Below are positions 43,693-58,676 of a stretch of 64,000 nucleotides of DNA, in pieces. Each line of letters starts with the position of its first letter. The first letter of the stretch is position 1. Source of the DNA: Auanema rhodensis (taxonomy: Eukaryota > Animalia > Nematoda). The stretch is taken from contig OZ059899.1 in NCBI GenBank assembly GCA_964057225.1, positions 9,734,001 through 9,798,000 on the forward strand, given 5' to 3'. A model generated the notes under the pieces. The model made no database searches. It saw nothing but the letters and a program-made list of their open reading frames with translations, and was not told where the DNA came from. The position numbers and the translations under genes were made by a program.

Positions 43693-45867
43693 TAAATTTT
43701 TTTCATTTCACTTGTCATTTATAAAAATCGAATTTATCTTCTTCAACGATTATTTTTGCAATGTGTCATAAGAATTTCTTAGTTGAACAAAACGTTTTTT
43801 GAGAAGTTTTTTTGTTGTCAACATATATATTTTCCTGGAATTCGAAAGCATTTGGGATGGAAATTAGAAAGAAAAGAACTAGTTTTTCCTACTTCAAAAC
43901 AAACAATAAGAAATAAAATGAAAAAGATTGTTAGATATCCAATTTAAACTTATACATTTACTTCGATAAGGAGCCTATTAGTTTGAAATTTTATGTCTTA
44001 CAGTTCTCCAACAGAACAGACTGATCCTGATTTCTCTATGATTACATAAAACTCTCGTTTGATATACAAAATAGAGAGAAATAACGTCTCCAGGATATCA
44101 ATGATATCGAATCTAGTGATATTGTGGAAAAATGTAATGTCAGCTCCATAGTTTTTCTCTTAATTTCTCTCATCACAATAGTCTTAGTTTTTTTTCATAA
44201 GAGTTTCTGAAATCTTAGTTGAACAAGGCAGTATATATTTTTTTCTGGAATTCGAAAGCATTTGGGATAGAAATTAGAAAGAAAAGAACTAGTTTTTCCT
44301 ACTTTAAAACAAACAATAAGAAATAAAATGAAAAAGATTGTTAGATATCCAATTTAAACTTATACATTTACTTCGATAAAGAGCCTATTAGTTTGAAATT
44401 TTATGTCTTACAGTTCTCCAACAGAACAGACTGATCCTGATTTCTCTATGATTACATAAAACTCTCGTTTGATATACAAAAAGGAGAGGAATAACGTTTC
44501 CAGGATATCAATGATTTCGAATTCAGTGATATTGTAGAAAAATGTAATGTCAGCTCCATAGTTTTTCTCTTAAATTCTCTCATCACAATAGTCTTAGTTT
44601 TTTTTCATAAGAGTTTCTGAAATCTTAGTTGAACAAGGCAGTATATATTTTTTTCTGGAATTCGAAAGCATTTGGGATAGAAATTAGAAAGAAAAGAACT
44701 AAGTTTTCCTACTTTAAAACAAACAATAAGAAATAAAATGAAAAAGATTGTTAGATATCCAATTTAAACTTATACATTTACTTCGATAAAGAGCCTATTA
44801 GTTTGAAATTTTATGTCTTACAGTTCTCCAACAGAACAGACTGATCCTGATTTCTCTATGATTACATAAAACTCTCGTTTGATATACAAAAAGGAGAGGA
44901 ATAACGTTTCCAGGATATCAATGATATGGAATCTAGTGATATTGTAGAAAAATGTAATGTCAGCTCCATAGTTTTTCTCTTAATTTCTCTCATCACAATA
45001 GTCTTAGTTTTTTTTCATAAGAGTTTCTGGAATCTTAGTTGAACAAGGCAGTATATATTTTTTTCTGGAATTCGAAAGCATTTGAGATGGAAATTAGAAA
45101 GAAAAGAACTAGTTTTTCCTACTTTAAAACAAACAATAAGAAATAAAGTGAAAAAGATTGTTAGATATCCAATTTAAACTTATACATTTACTTCGATAAA
45201 GAGCCTATTAGTTTGAAATTTTATGTCTTACAGTTCTCCAACAGAACAGACTGATCCTGATTTCTCTATGATTACATAAAACTCTCGTTTGATATACAAA
45301 AAGGAGAGGAATAACGTTTCCAGGATATCAATGATATCGAATCTAGTGATATTGTAGAAAAATGTAATGTCAGCTCCATAGTTTTTCTCTTAATTTCTCT
45401 CATCACAATAGTCTTAGTTTTTTTTCATAAGAGTTTCTGGAATCTTAGTTGAACAAGGCAGTATATAATTTTTTCTGGAATTCGAAAGCATTTGGGATGG
45501 AAATTAGAAAGAAAAGAACTAGTTTTTCCTACTTTAAAACAAACAATAAGAAATAAAGTGAAAAAGATTGTTAGATATCCAATTTAAACTTATACATTTA
45601 CTTCGATAAAGAGCCTATTAGTCTGAAATTTTATGTCTTACAGTTCTCCAACAGAACAGACTGATCCTGATTTCTCTATGATTACATAAAACTCTCGTTT
45701 GATATACAAGAAGGAGAGGAATAACGTTTCCAGGATGTCAATGATATCGAATCCAGTGATATTGTAGAAAAATGTAATGTCAGCTCCATAGTTTTTCTCT
45801 TAATTTCTCTCATCACAATAGTCTTAGTTTTTTTTTCATAAGAGTTTCTGAAATCTTAGTTGAACAA

Positions 45868-45940
45868 GGCCGCGTGGCGCAATGGATAACGCGTCTGCCT
45901 ACGGAGCAGAAGATTGTAGGTTCGAATCCTGCCGTGGTCG
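45868..45940 (+). tRNA. tRNA-Arg(ACG)
   Basis: Consensus copy. Confidence 0.95.
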
Positions 45941-48850
45941 TAAATTTTTTTCATTTCACTTGTCATTTATAAAAATCGAATTTATCTTCTTCAACGATTA
46001 TTTTTGCAATGTGTCATAAGAATTTCATAGTTGAACAAAACGTTTTTTAAGAAGTTTTTTTGTTGTCAACATATATATTTTCCTGGAATTCGAAAGCATT
46101 TGGGATGGAAATTATAAAGAAAAGAACTAGTTTTTCCTACTTTAAAACAAACAATAAGAAATAAAATGAAAAAGATTGTTAGATATCCAATTTAAACTTA
46201 TACATTTACTTTGATAAAGAGCCTATTAGATTGAAATTTTATGTCTTACAGTTCTCCAACAGAACAGACTGATCCTGATTTTTCTACGATTACATAAAAC
46301 TCTCGTTTGATATAAAAGCATATTGGATAGAAATTTCGAAAGCATTTTGGATGGAAATTAGAACGAAAAGAACTAGTTTTTTCTATTTAAAAACAAACAA
46401 TAATAAACAAAATGAAAAGATTGTTAGATATCCAATTTTAACTTATACATTTACTTCGATGAAGAGCCTATTAGATTGAATTTTTATGTCTTACAGTTCT
46501 CCAACAGAACAGACTGATCCTGATTTTTCTACGATTACATAAAACTCTCGTTTGATATACAAAAAGGAGAGGAATAACGTTTCCAGGATATCAATGATAT
46601 CGAATCTAGTGATATTGTAGAAAAATGTAATGTCAGCTCCATAGTTTTTCTCTTAATTTCTCTCATCACAATAGTCTTAGTTTTTTTTCATAAGAGTTTC
46701 TGAAATCTTAGTTGAACAAGGCAGTATATATATTTTCCTGGAATTCGAAAGCATTTGAGATGGAAATTATAAAGAAAAGAACTAGTTTTTCCTACTTTGA
46801 AACAAACAATAAGAAATAAAATGAAAAAGATTGTTAGATATCCAATTTAAACTTATACATTTACTTTGATAAAGAGCCTATTAGATTGAAATTTTATGTC
46901 TTACAGTTCTCCAACAGAACAGACTGATCCTGATTTTTCTACGATTACATAAAACTCTCGTTTGATATAAAAGCATATTGGATAGAAATTTCGAAAGCAT
47001 TTTGGATGGAAATTAGAACGAAAAGAACTAGTTTTTTCTATTTTAAAACAAACAATAATAAACAAAATGAAAAGATTGTTAGATATCCAATTTTAACTTA
47101 TACATTTACTTCGATGAAGAGCCTGTTAGATTGAATTTTTATGTCTTACAGTTCTCCAACAGAACAGACTGATCCTGATTTTTCTACGATTACATAAAAC
47201 TCTCGTTTGATATAAAAGCATATTGGATAGAAATTTCGAAAGCATTTTGGATGGAAATTAGAACGAAAAGAACTAGTTTTTTCTATTTTAAAACAAACAA
47301 TAATAAACAAAATGAAAAGATTGTTAGATATCCAATTTTAACTTATACATTTACTTCGATAAGGAGCCTATTAGTTTGAAATTTTATGTCTTACAGTTCT
47401 CCAACAGAACAGACTGATCCTGATTTCTCTATGATTACATAAAACTCTCGTTTGATATACAAAATAGAGAGAAATAACGTCTCCAGGATATCAATGATAT
47501 CGAATCTAGTGATATTGTGGAAAAATGTAATGTCAGCTCCATAGTTTTTCTCTTAATTTCTCTCATCACAATAGTCTTAGTTTTTTTTCATAAGAGTTTC
47601 TGAAATCTTAGTTGAACAAGGCAGTATATATTCTTTTCTGGAATTCGAAAGCATTTGGGATAGAAATTAGAAAGAAAAGAACTAGTTTTTCCTACTTTAA
47701 AACAAACAATAAGAAATAAAATGAAAAAGATTGTTAGATATCCAATTTAAACTTATACATTTACTTCGATAAAGAGCCTATTAGTTTGAAATTTTATGTC
47801 TTACAGTTCTCCAACAGAACAGACTGATCCTTATTTCTCTATGATTACATAAAACTCTCGTTTGATATACAAAAAGGAGAGGAATAACGTTTCCAGGATA
47901 TCAATGATATGGAATCTAGTGATATTGTAGAAAAATGTAATGTCAGCTCCATAGTTTTTCTCTTAATTTCTCTCATCACAATAGTCTTAGTTTTTTTTCA
48001 TAAGAGTTTCTGGAATCTTAGTTGAACAAGGCAGTATATATTTTTTTCTGGAATTCGAAAGCATTTGAGATGGAAATTAGAAAGAAAAGAACTAGTTTTT
48101 CCTACTTTAAAACAAACAATAAGAAATAAAGTGAAAAAGATTGTTAGATATCCAATTTAAACTTATACATTTACTTCGATAAAGAGCCTATTAGTTTGAA
48201 ATTTTATGTCTTACAGTTCTCCAACAGAACAGACTGATCCTGATTTCTCTATGATTACATAAAACTCTCGTTTGATATACAAAAAGGAGAGGAATAACGT
48301 TTCCAGGATATCAATGATATCGAATCTAGTGATATTGTAGAAAAATGTAATGTCAGCTCCATAGTTTTTCTCTTAATTTCTCTCATCACAATAGTCTTAG
48401 TTTTTTTTCATAAGAGTTTCTGGAATCTTAGTTGAACAAGGCAGTATATAATTTTTTCTGGAATTCGAAAGCATTTGGGATGGAAATTAGAAAGAAAAGA
48501 ACTAGTTTTTCCTACTTTAAAACAAACAATAAGAAATAAAGTGAAAAAGATTGTTAGATATCCAATTTAAACTTATACATTTACTTCGATAAAGAGCCTA
48601 TTAGTCTGAAATTTTATGTCTTACAGTTCTCCAACAGAACAGACTGATCCTGATTTCTCTATGATTACATAAAACTCTCGTTTGATATACAAGAAGGAGA
48701 GGAATAACGTTTCCAGGATGTCAATGATATCGAATCCAGTGATATTGTAGAAAAATGTAATGTCAGCTCCATAGTTTTTCTCTTAATTTCTCTCATCACA
48801 ATAGTCTTAGTTTTTTTTTCATAAGAGTTTCTGAAATCTTAGTTGAACAA

Positions 48851-48923
48851 GGCCGCGTGGCGCAATGGATAACGCGTCTGCCTACGGAGCAGAAGATTGT
48901 AGGTTCGAATCCTGCCGTGGTCG
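48851..48923 (+). tRNA. tRNA-Arg(ACG)
   Basis: Consensus copy. Confidence 0.95.
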
Positions 48924-51423
48924 TAAATTTTTTTCATTTCACTTGTCATTTATAAAAATCGAATTTATCTTCTTCAACGATTATTTTCGCAATGTGTCAT
49001 AAGAATTTCATAGTTGAACAAAACGTTTTTTAAGAAGTTTTTTTGTTGTCAACATATATATTTTCCTGGAATTCGAAAGCATTTGGGATGGAAATTATAA
49101 AGAAAAGAACTAGTTTTTCCTACTTTAAAACAAACAATAAGAAATAAAATGAAAAAGATTGTTAGATATCCAATTTAAACTTATACATTTACTTTGATAA
49201 AGAGCCTATTAGATTGAAATTTTATGTCTTACAGTTCTCCAACAGAACAGACTGATCCTGATTTTTCTACGATTACATAAAACTCTCGTTTGATATAAAA
49301 GCATATTGGATAGAAATTTCGAAAGCATTTTGGATGGAAATTAGAACGAAAAGAACTAGTTTTTTCTATTTTAAAACAAACAATAATAAACAAAATGAAA
49401 AGATTGTTAGATATCCAATTTTAACTTATACATTTACTTCGATGAAGAGCCTATTAGATTGAATTTTTATGTCTTACAGTTCTCCAACAGAACAGACTGA
49501 TCCTGATTTTTCTACGATTACATAAAACTCTCGTTTGATATACAAAAAGGAGAGGAATAACGTTTCCAGGATATCAATGATATCGAATCTAGTGATATTG
49601 TAGAAAAATGTAATGTCAGCTCCATAGTTTTTCTCTTAATTTCTCTCATCACAATAGTCTTAGTTTTTTTTCATAAGAGTTTCTGAAATCTTAGTTGAAC
49701 AAGGCAGTATATATATTTTCCTGGAATTCGAAAGCATTTGAGATGGAAATTATAAAGAAAAGAACTAGTTTTTCCTACTTTGAAACAAACAATAAGAAAT
49801 AAAATGAAAAAGATTGTTAGATATCCAATTTAAACTTATACATTTACTTTGATAAAGAGCCTATTAGATTGAAATTTTATGTCTTACAGTTCTTCAACAG
49901 AACAGACTGATCCTGATTTTTCTACGATTACATAAAACTCTCGTTTGATATAAAAGCATATTGGATAGAAATTTCGAAAGCATTTTGGATGGAAATTAGA
50001 ACGAAAAGAACTAGTTTTTTCTATTTTAAAACAAACAATAATAAACAAAATGAAAAGATTGTTAGATATCCAATTTTAACTTATACATTTACTTCGATGA
50101 AGAGCCTGTTAGATTGAATTTTTATGTCTTACAGTTCTCCAACAGAACAGACTGATCCTGATTTTTCTACGATTACATAAAACTCTCGTTTGATATACAA
50201 AAAGGAGAGGAATAACGTTTCCAGGATATCAATGATATCGAATCTAGTGATATTGTAGAAAAATGTAATGTCAGCTCCATAGTTTTTCTCTTAATTTCTC
50301 TCATCACAATAGTCTTAGTTTTTTTTCATAAGAGTTTCTGGAATCTTAGTTGAACAAGGCAGTATATAATTTTTTCTGGAATTCGAAAGCATTTGGGATG
50401 GAAATTAGAAAGAAAAGAACTAGTTTTTCCTACTTTAAAACAAACAATAAGAAATAAAGTGAAAAAGATTGTTAGATATCCAATTTAAACTTATACATTT
50501 ACTTCGATAAAGAGCCTATTAGTCTGAAATTTTATGTCTTACAGTTCTCCAACAGAACAGACTGATCCTGATTTTTCTACGATTACATAAAACTCTCGTT
50601 TGATATAAAAGCATATTGGATAGAAATTTCGAAAGCATTTTGGATGGAAATTAGAACGAAAAGAACTAGTTTTTTCTATTTTAAAACAAACAATAATAAA
50701 CAAAATGAAAAGATTGTTAGATATCCAATTTTAACTTATACATTTACTTCGATGAAGAGCCTGTTAGATTGAATTTTTATGTCTTACAGTTCTCCAACAG
50801 AACAGACTGATCCTGATTTTTCTACGATTACATAAAACTCTCGTTTGATATACAAAAAGGAGAGGAATAACGTTTCCAGGATATCAATGATATCGAATCT
50901 AGTGATATTGTAGAAAAATGTAATGTCAGCTCCATAGTTTTTCTCTTAATTTCTCTCATCACAATAGTCTTAGTTTTTTTTCATAAGAGTTTCTGGAATC
51001 TTAGTTGAACAAGGCAGTATATAATTTTTTCTGGAATTCGAAAGCATTTGGGATGGAAATTAGAAAGAAAAGAACTAGTTTTTCCTACTTTAAAACAAAC
51101 AATAAGAAATAAAGTGAAAAAGATTGTTAGATATCCAATTTAAACTTATACATTTACTTCGATAAAGAGCCTATTAGTCTGAAATTTTATGTCTTACAGT
51201 TCTCCAACAGAACAGACTGATCCTGATTTCTCTATGATTACATAAAACTCTCGTTTGATATACAAGAAGGAGAGGAATAACGTTTCCAGGATGTCAATGA
51301 TATCGAATCCAGTGATATTGTAGAAAAATGTAATGTCAGCTCCATAGTTTTTCTCTTAATTTCTCTCATCACAATAGTCTTAGTTTTTTTTTCATAAGAG
51401 TTTCTGAAATCTTAGTTGAACAA

Positions 51424-51496
51424 GGCCGCGTGGCGCAATGGATAACGCGTCTGCCTACGGAGCAGAAGATTGTAGGTTCGAATCCTGCCGTGGTCG
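51424..51496 (+). tRNA. tRNA-Arg(ACG)
   Basis: Consensus copy. Confidence 0.95.
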
Positions 51497-54406
51497 TAAA
51501 TTTTTTTCATTTCACTTGTCATTTATAAAAATCGAATTTATCTTCTTCAACGATTATTTTTGCAATGTGTCATAAGAATTTCATAGTTGAACAAAACGTT
51601 TTTTAAGAAGTTTTTTTGTTGTCAACATATATATTTTCCTGGAATTCGAAAGCATTTGGGATGGAAATTATAAAGAAAAGAACTAGTTTTTCCTACTTTA
51701 AAACAAACAATAAGAAATAAAATGAAAAAGATTGTTAGATATCCAATTTAAACTTATACATTTACTTTGATAAAGAGCCTATTAGATTGAAATTTTATGT
51801 CTTACAGTTCTCCAACAGAACAGACTGATCCTGATTTTTCTACGATTACATAAAACTCTCGTTTGATATAAAAGCATATTGGATAGAAATTTCGAAAGCA
51901 TTTTGGATGGAAATTAGAACGAAAAGAACTAGTTTTTTCTATTTTAAAACAAACAATAATAAACAAAATGAAAAGATTGTTAGATATCCAATTTTAACTT
52001 ATACATTTACTTCGATGAAGAGCCTATTAGATTGAATTTTTATGTCTTACAGTTCTCCAACAGAACAGACTGATCCTGATTTTTCTACGATTACATAAAA
52101 CTCTCGTTTGATATACAAAAAGGAGAGGAATAACGTTTCCAGGATATCAATGATATCGAATCTAGTGATATTGTAGAAAAATGTAATGTCAGCTCCATAG
52201 TTTTTCTCTTAATTTCTCTCATCACAATAGTCTTAGTTTTTTTTCATAAGAGTTTCTGAAATCTTAGTTGAACAAGGCAGTATATATATTTTCCTGGAAT
52301 TCGAAAGCATTTGAGATGGAAATTATAAAGAAAAGAACTAGTTTTTCCTACTTTGAAACAAACAATAAGAAATAAAATGAAAAAGATTGTTAGATATCCA
52401 ATTTAAACTTATACATTTACTTTGATAAAGAGCCTATTAGATTGAAATTTTATGTCTTACAGTTCTCCAACAGAACAGACTGATCCTGATTTTTCTACGA
52501 TTACATAAAACTCTCGTTTGATATAAAAGCATATTGGATAGAAATTTCGAAAGCATTTTGGATGGAAATTAGAACGAAAAGAACTAGTTTTTTCTATTTT
52601 AAAACAAACAATAATAAACAAAATGAAAAGATTGTTAGATATCCAATTTTAACTTATACATTTACTTCGATGAAGAGCCTGTTAGATTGAATTTTTATGT
52701 CTTACAGTTCTCCAACAGAACAGACTGATCCTGATTTTTCTACGATTACATAAAACTCTCGTTTGATATAAAAGCATATTGGATAGAAATTTCGAAAGCA
52801 TTTTGGATGGAAATTAGAACGAAAAGAACTAGTTTTTTCTATTTTAAAACAAACAATAATAAACAAAATGAAAAGATTGTTAGATATCCAATTTTAACTT
52901 ATACATTTACTTCGATAAGGAGCCTATTAGTTTGAAATTTTATGTCTTACAGTTCTCCAACAGAACAGACTGATCCTGATTTCTCTATGATTACATAAAA
53001 CTCTCGTTTGATATACAAAATAGAGAGAAATAACGTCTCCAGGATATCAATGATATCGAATCTAGTGATATTGTGGAAAAATGTAATGTCAGCTCCATAG
53101 TTTTTCTCTTAATTTCTCTCATCACAATAGTCTTAGTTTTTTTTCATAAGAGTTTCTGAAATCTTAGTTGAACAAGGCAGTATATATTCTTTTCTGGAAT
53201 TCGAAAGCATTTGGGATAGAAATTAGAAAGAAAAGAACTAGTTTTTCCTACTTTAAAACAAACAATAAGAAATAAAATGAAAAAGATTGTTAGATATCCA
53301 ATTTAAACTTATACATTTACTTCGATAAAGAGCCTATTAGTTTGAAATTTTATGTCTTACAGTTCTCCAACAGAACAGACTGATCCTTATTTCTCTATGA
53401 TTACATAAAACTCTCGTTTGATATACAAAAAGGAGAGGAATAACGTTTCCAGGATATCAATGATATGGAATCTAGTGATATTGTAGAAAAATGTAATGTC
53501 AGCTCCATAGTTTTTCTCTTAATTTCTCTCATCACAATAGTCTTAGTTTTTTTTCATAAGAGTTTCTGGAATCTTAGTTGAACAAGGCAGTATATATTTT
53601 TTTCTGGAATTCGAAAGCATTTGAGATGGAAATTAGAAAGAAAAGAACTAGTTTTTCCTACTTTAAAACAAACAATAAGAAATAAAGTGAAAAAGATTGT
53701 TAGATATCCAATTTAAACTTATACATTTACTTCGATAAAGAGCCTATTAGTTTGAAATTTTATGTCTTACAGTTCTCCAACAGAACAGACTGATCCTGAT
53801 TTCTCTATGATTACATAAAACTCTCGTTTGATATACAAAAAGGAGAGGAATAACGTTTCCAGGATATCAATGATATCGAATCTAGTGATATTGTAGAAAA
53901 ATGTAATGTCAGCTCCATAGTTTTTCTCTTAATTTCTCTCATCACAATAGTCTTAGTTTTTTTTCATAAGAGTTTCTGGAATCTTAGTTGAACAAGGCAG
54001 TATATAATTTTTTCTGGAATTCGAAAGCATTTGGGATGGAAATTAGAAAGAAAAGAACTAGTTTTTCCTACTTTAAAACAAACAATAAGAAATAAAGTGA
54101 AAAAGATTGTTAGATATCCAATTTAAACTTATACATTTACTTCGATAAAGAGCCTATTAGTCTGAAATTTTATGTCTTACAGTTCTCCAACAGAACAGAC
54201 TGATCCTGATTTCTCTATGATTACATAAAACTCTCGTTTGATATACAAGAAGGAGAGGAATAACGTTTCCAGGATGTCAATGATATCGAATCCAGTGATA
54301 TTGTAGAAAAATGTAATGTCAGCTCCATAGTTTTTCTCTTAATTTCTCTCATCACAATAGTCTTAGTTTTTTTTTCATAAGAGTTTCTGAAATCTTAGTT
54401 GAACAA

Positions 54407-54479
54407 GGCCGCGTGGCGCAATGGATAACGCGTCTGCCTACGGAGCAGAAGATTGTAGGTTCGAATCCTGCCGTGGTCG
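54407..54479 (+). tRNA. tRNA-Arg(ACG)
   Basis: Consensus copy. Confidence 0.95.
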
Positions 54480-55913
54480 TAAATTTTTTTCATTTCACTT
54501 GTCATTTATAAAAATCGAATTTATCTTCTTCAACGATTATTTTCGCAATGTGTCATAAGAATTTCATAGTTGAACAAAACGTTTTTTAAGAAGTTTTTTT
54601 GTTGTCAACATATATATTTTCCTGGAATTCGAAAGCATTTGGGATGGAAATTATAAAGAAAAGAACTAGTTTTTCCTACTTTAAAACAAACAATAAGAAA
54701 TAAAATGAAAAAGATTGTTAGATATCCAATTTAAACTTATACATTTACTTTGATAAAGAGCCTATTAGATTGAAATTTTATGTCTTACAGTTCTCCAACA
54801 GAACAGACTGATCCTGATTTTTCTACGATTACATAAAACTCTCGTTTGATATAAAAGCATATTGGATAGAAATTTCGAAAGCATTTTGGATGGAAATTAG
54901 AACGAAAAGAACTAGTTTTTTCTATTTTAAAACAAACAATAATAAACAAAATGAAAAGATTGTTAGATATCCAATTTTAACTTATACATTTACTTCGATG
55001 AAGAGCCTATTAGATTGAATTTTTATGTCTTACAGTTCTCCAACAGAACAGACTGATCCTGATTTTTCTACGATTACATAAAACTCTCGTTTGATATACA
55101 AAAAGGAGAGGAATAACGTTTCCAGGATATCAATGATATCGAATCTAGTGATATTGTAGAAAAATGTAATGTCAGCTCCATAGTTTTTCTCTTAATTTCT
55201 CTCATCACAATAGTCTTAGTTTTTTTTCATAAGAGTTTCTGAAATCTTAGTTGAACAAGGCAGTATATATATTTTCCTGGAATTCGAAAGCATTTGAGAT
55301 GGAAATTATAAAGAAAAGAACTAGTTTTTCCTACTTTGAAACAAACAATAAGAAATAAAATGAAAAAGATTGTTAGATATCCAATTTAAACTTATACATT
55401 TACTTTGATAAAGAGCCTATTAGATTGAAATTTTATGTCTTACAGTTCTTCAACAGAACAGACTGATCCTGATTTTTCTACGATTACATAAAACTCTCGT
55501 TTGATATAAAAGCATATTGGATAGAAATTTCGAAAGCATTTTGGATGGAAATTAGAACGAAAAGAACTAGTTTTTTCTATTTTAAAACAAACAATAATAA
55601 ACAAAATGAAAAGATTGTTAGATATCCAATTTTAACTTATACATTTACTTCGATGAAGAGCCTGTTAGATTGAATTTTTATGTCTTACAGTTCTCCAACA
55701 GAACAGACTGATCCTGATTTTTCTACGATTACATAAAACTCTCGTTTGATATACAAAAAGGAGAGGGATAACGTTTCCAGGATATCAATGATATTGAATC
55801 TAGTGATATTGTAGAAAAATGTAATGTCAGCTCCATAGTTTTTCTCTTAATTTCTCTCATCACAATAGTCTTAGTTTTTTTTCATAAGAGTTTCTGAAAT
55901 CTTAGTTGAACAA

Positions 55914-55986
55914 GGCCGCGTGGCGCAATGGATAACGCGTCTGCCTACGGAGCAGAAGATTGTAGGTTCGAATCCTGCCGTGGTCG
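55914..55986 (+). tRNA. tRNA-Arg(ACG)
   Basis: Consensus copy; terminator variant TTGTTTT. Confidence 0.95.
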
Positions 55987-56766
55987 TAAATTGTTTTCAT
56001 TTCACTTGTCATTTATAAAAATCGAATTTATCTTCTTCAACGATATTTTTGCAATGTGTCATAAGAATTTTATAGTTGAACAAAACGTTTTTTAAGAAGT
56101 TTTTTTGTTGTCAACATATATATTTTCCTGGAATTCGAAAGCATTTGGGATGGAAATTAGAAAGAAAAGAACTAGTTTTTCCTACTTTAAAACAAACAAT
56201 AAGAAATAAAATGAAAAAGATTGTTAGATATCCAATTTAAACTTATACATTTACTTTGATAAAGAGCCTATTAGATTGAAATTTTATGTCTTACAGTTCT
56301 CCAACAGAACAGACTGATCCTGATTTTTCTACGATTACATAAAACTCTCGTTTGATATAAAAGCATATTGGATAGAAATTTCGAAAGCATTTTGGATGGA
56401 AATTAGAACGAAAAGAACTAGTTTTTTCTATTTTAAAACAAACAATAATAAACAAAATGAAACGATTGTTAGATATCCAATTTTAACTTATACATTTACT
56501 TCGATGAAGAGCCTATTAGATTGAATTTTTATGTCTTACAGTTCTCCAACAGAACAGACTGATCCTGATTTTTCTACGATTACATAAAACTCTCGTTTGA
56601 TATACAAAAAGAAGAGGAATAACGTTTCCAGGATATCAATGATATCGAATCTAGTGATATTGTAGAAAAATGTAATGTCAGCTCCATAGGTTTTCTCTTA
56701 ATTTCTCTCATCACAATATTCTTAGTTTTTTTTCTCATAAGAGTTTCTGAAATCTTAGTTGAACAA

Positions 56767-56839
56767 GGCCGCGTGGCGCAATGGATAACGCGTCTGCCTA
56801 CGGAGCAGAAGATTGTAGGTTCGAATCCTGCCGTGGTCG
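56767..56839 (+). tRNA. tRNA-Arg(ACG)
   Basis: Consensus copy. Confidence 0.95.
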
Positions 56840-58603
56840 TAAATTTTTTTCATTTCACTTGTCATTTATAAAAATCGAATTTATCTTCTTCAACGATTAT
56901 TTTTGCAATGTGTCATAAGAATTTCTTAGTTGAACAAAACGTTTTTTGAGAAGTTTTTTTGTTGTCAACATATATATTTTCCTGGAATTCGAAAGCATTT
57001 GGGATGGAAATTAGAAAGAAAAGAACTAGTTTTTCCTACTTCAAAACAAACAATAAGAAATAAAATGAAAAAGATTGTTAGATATCCAATTTAAACTTAT
57101 ACATTTACTTTGATAAAGAGCCTATTAGATTGAAATTTTATGTCTTACAGTTCTCCAACAGAACAGACTGATCCTGATTTCTCTATGATTACATAAAACT
57201 CTCGTTTGATATACAAAATAGAGAGAAATAACGTCTCCAGGATATCAATGATATCGAATCTAGTGATATTGTAGAAAAATGTAATGTCAGCTCCATAGTT
57301 TTTCTCTTAATTTCTCTCATCACAATAGTCTTAGTTTTTTTTCATAAGAGTTTCTGAAATCTTAGTTGAACAAGGCAGTATATATTTTTTTCTGGAATTC
57401 GAAAGCATTTGGGATAGAAATTAGAAAGAAAAGAACTAGTTTTTCCTATTTTAAAACAAACAATAAGAAATAAAATGAAAAAGATTGTTAGATATCCAAT
57501 TTAAACTTATACATTTACTTCGATAAAGAGCCTATTAGTTTGAAATTTTATGTCTTACAGTTCTCCAACAGAACAGACTGATCCTGATTTCTCTATGATT
57601 ACATAAAACTCTCGTTTGATATACAAAATAGAGAGGAATAACGTTTCCAGGATATCAATGATATCGAATTCAGTGATATTGTATAAAAATGTAATGTCAG
57701 CTCCATAGTTTTTCTCTTAATTTCTCTCATCACAATAGTCTTAGTTTTTTTTCATAAGAGTTTCTGAAATCTTAGTTGAACAAGGCAGTATATATATTTT
57801 CCTGGAATTCGAAAGCATTTGGGATAGAAATTAGAAAGAAAAGAACTAAGTTTTCCTACTTTAAAACAAACAATAAGAAATAAAATGAAAAAGATTGTTA
57901 GATATCCAATTTAAACTTATACATTTACTTCGATAAAGAGCCTATTAGTTTGAAATTTTATGTCTTACAGTTCTCCAACAGAACAGACTGATCCTGATTT
58001 CTCAATGATTACATAAAACTCTCGTTTGATATACAAAATAGAGAGGAATAACGTTTCCAGGATATCAATGATATGGAATCTAGTGATATTGTAGAAAAAT
58101 GTAATGTCAGCTCCATAGTTTTTCTCTTAATTTCTCTCATCACAATAGTCTTAGTTTTTTTTCATAAGAGTTTCTGGAATCTTAGTTGAACAAGGCAGTA
58201 TATATTTTTTTCTGGAATTCGAAAGCATTTGGGATGTAAATTAGAAAGAAAAGAACTAGTTTTTCCTACTTTAAAACAAACAATAAGAAATAAAATGAAA
58301 AAGATTGTTAGATATCCAAATTAAACTTATACATTTACTTCGATAAAGAGCCTATTAGTTTGAAATTTTATGTCTTACAGTTCTCCAACAGAACAGACTG
58401 ATCCTGATTTCTCTATGATTACATAAAACTCTCGTTTGATATACAAAAAGGAGAGGAATAACGTTTCCAGGATATCAATGATATCGAATCTAGTGATATT
58501 GTAGAAAAATGTAATGTCAGCTCCATAGTTTTTCTCTTAATTTCTCTCATCACAATAGTCTTAGTTTTTTTTCATAAGAGTTTCTGAAATCTTAGTTGAA
58601 CAA

Positions 58604-58676
58604 GGCCGCGTGGCGCAATGGATAACGCGTCTGCCTACGGAGCAGAAGATTGTAGGTTCGAATCCTGCCGTGGTCG
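58604..58676 (+). tRNA. tRNA-Arg(ACG), last copy in window
   Basis: Consensus copy. Confidence 0.95.
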
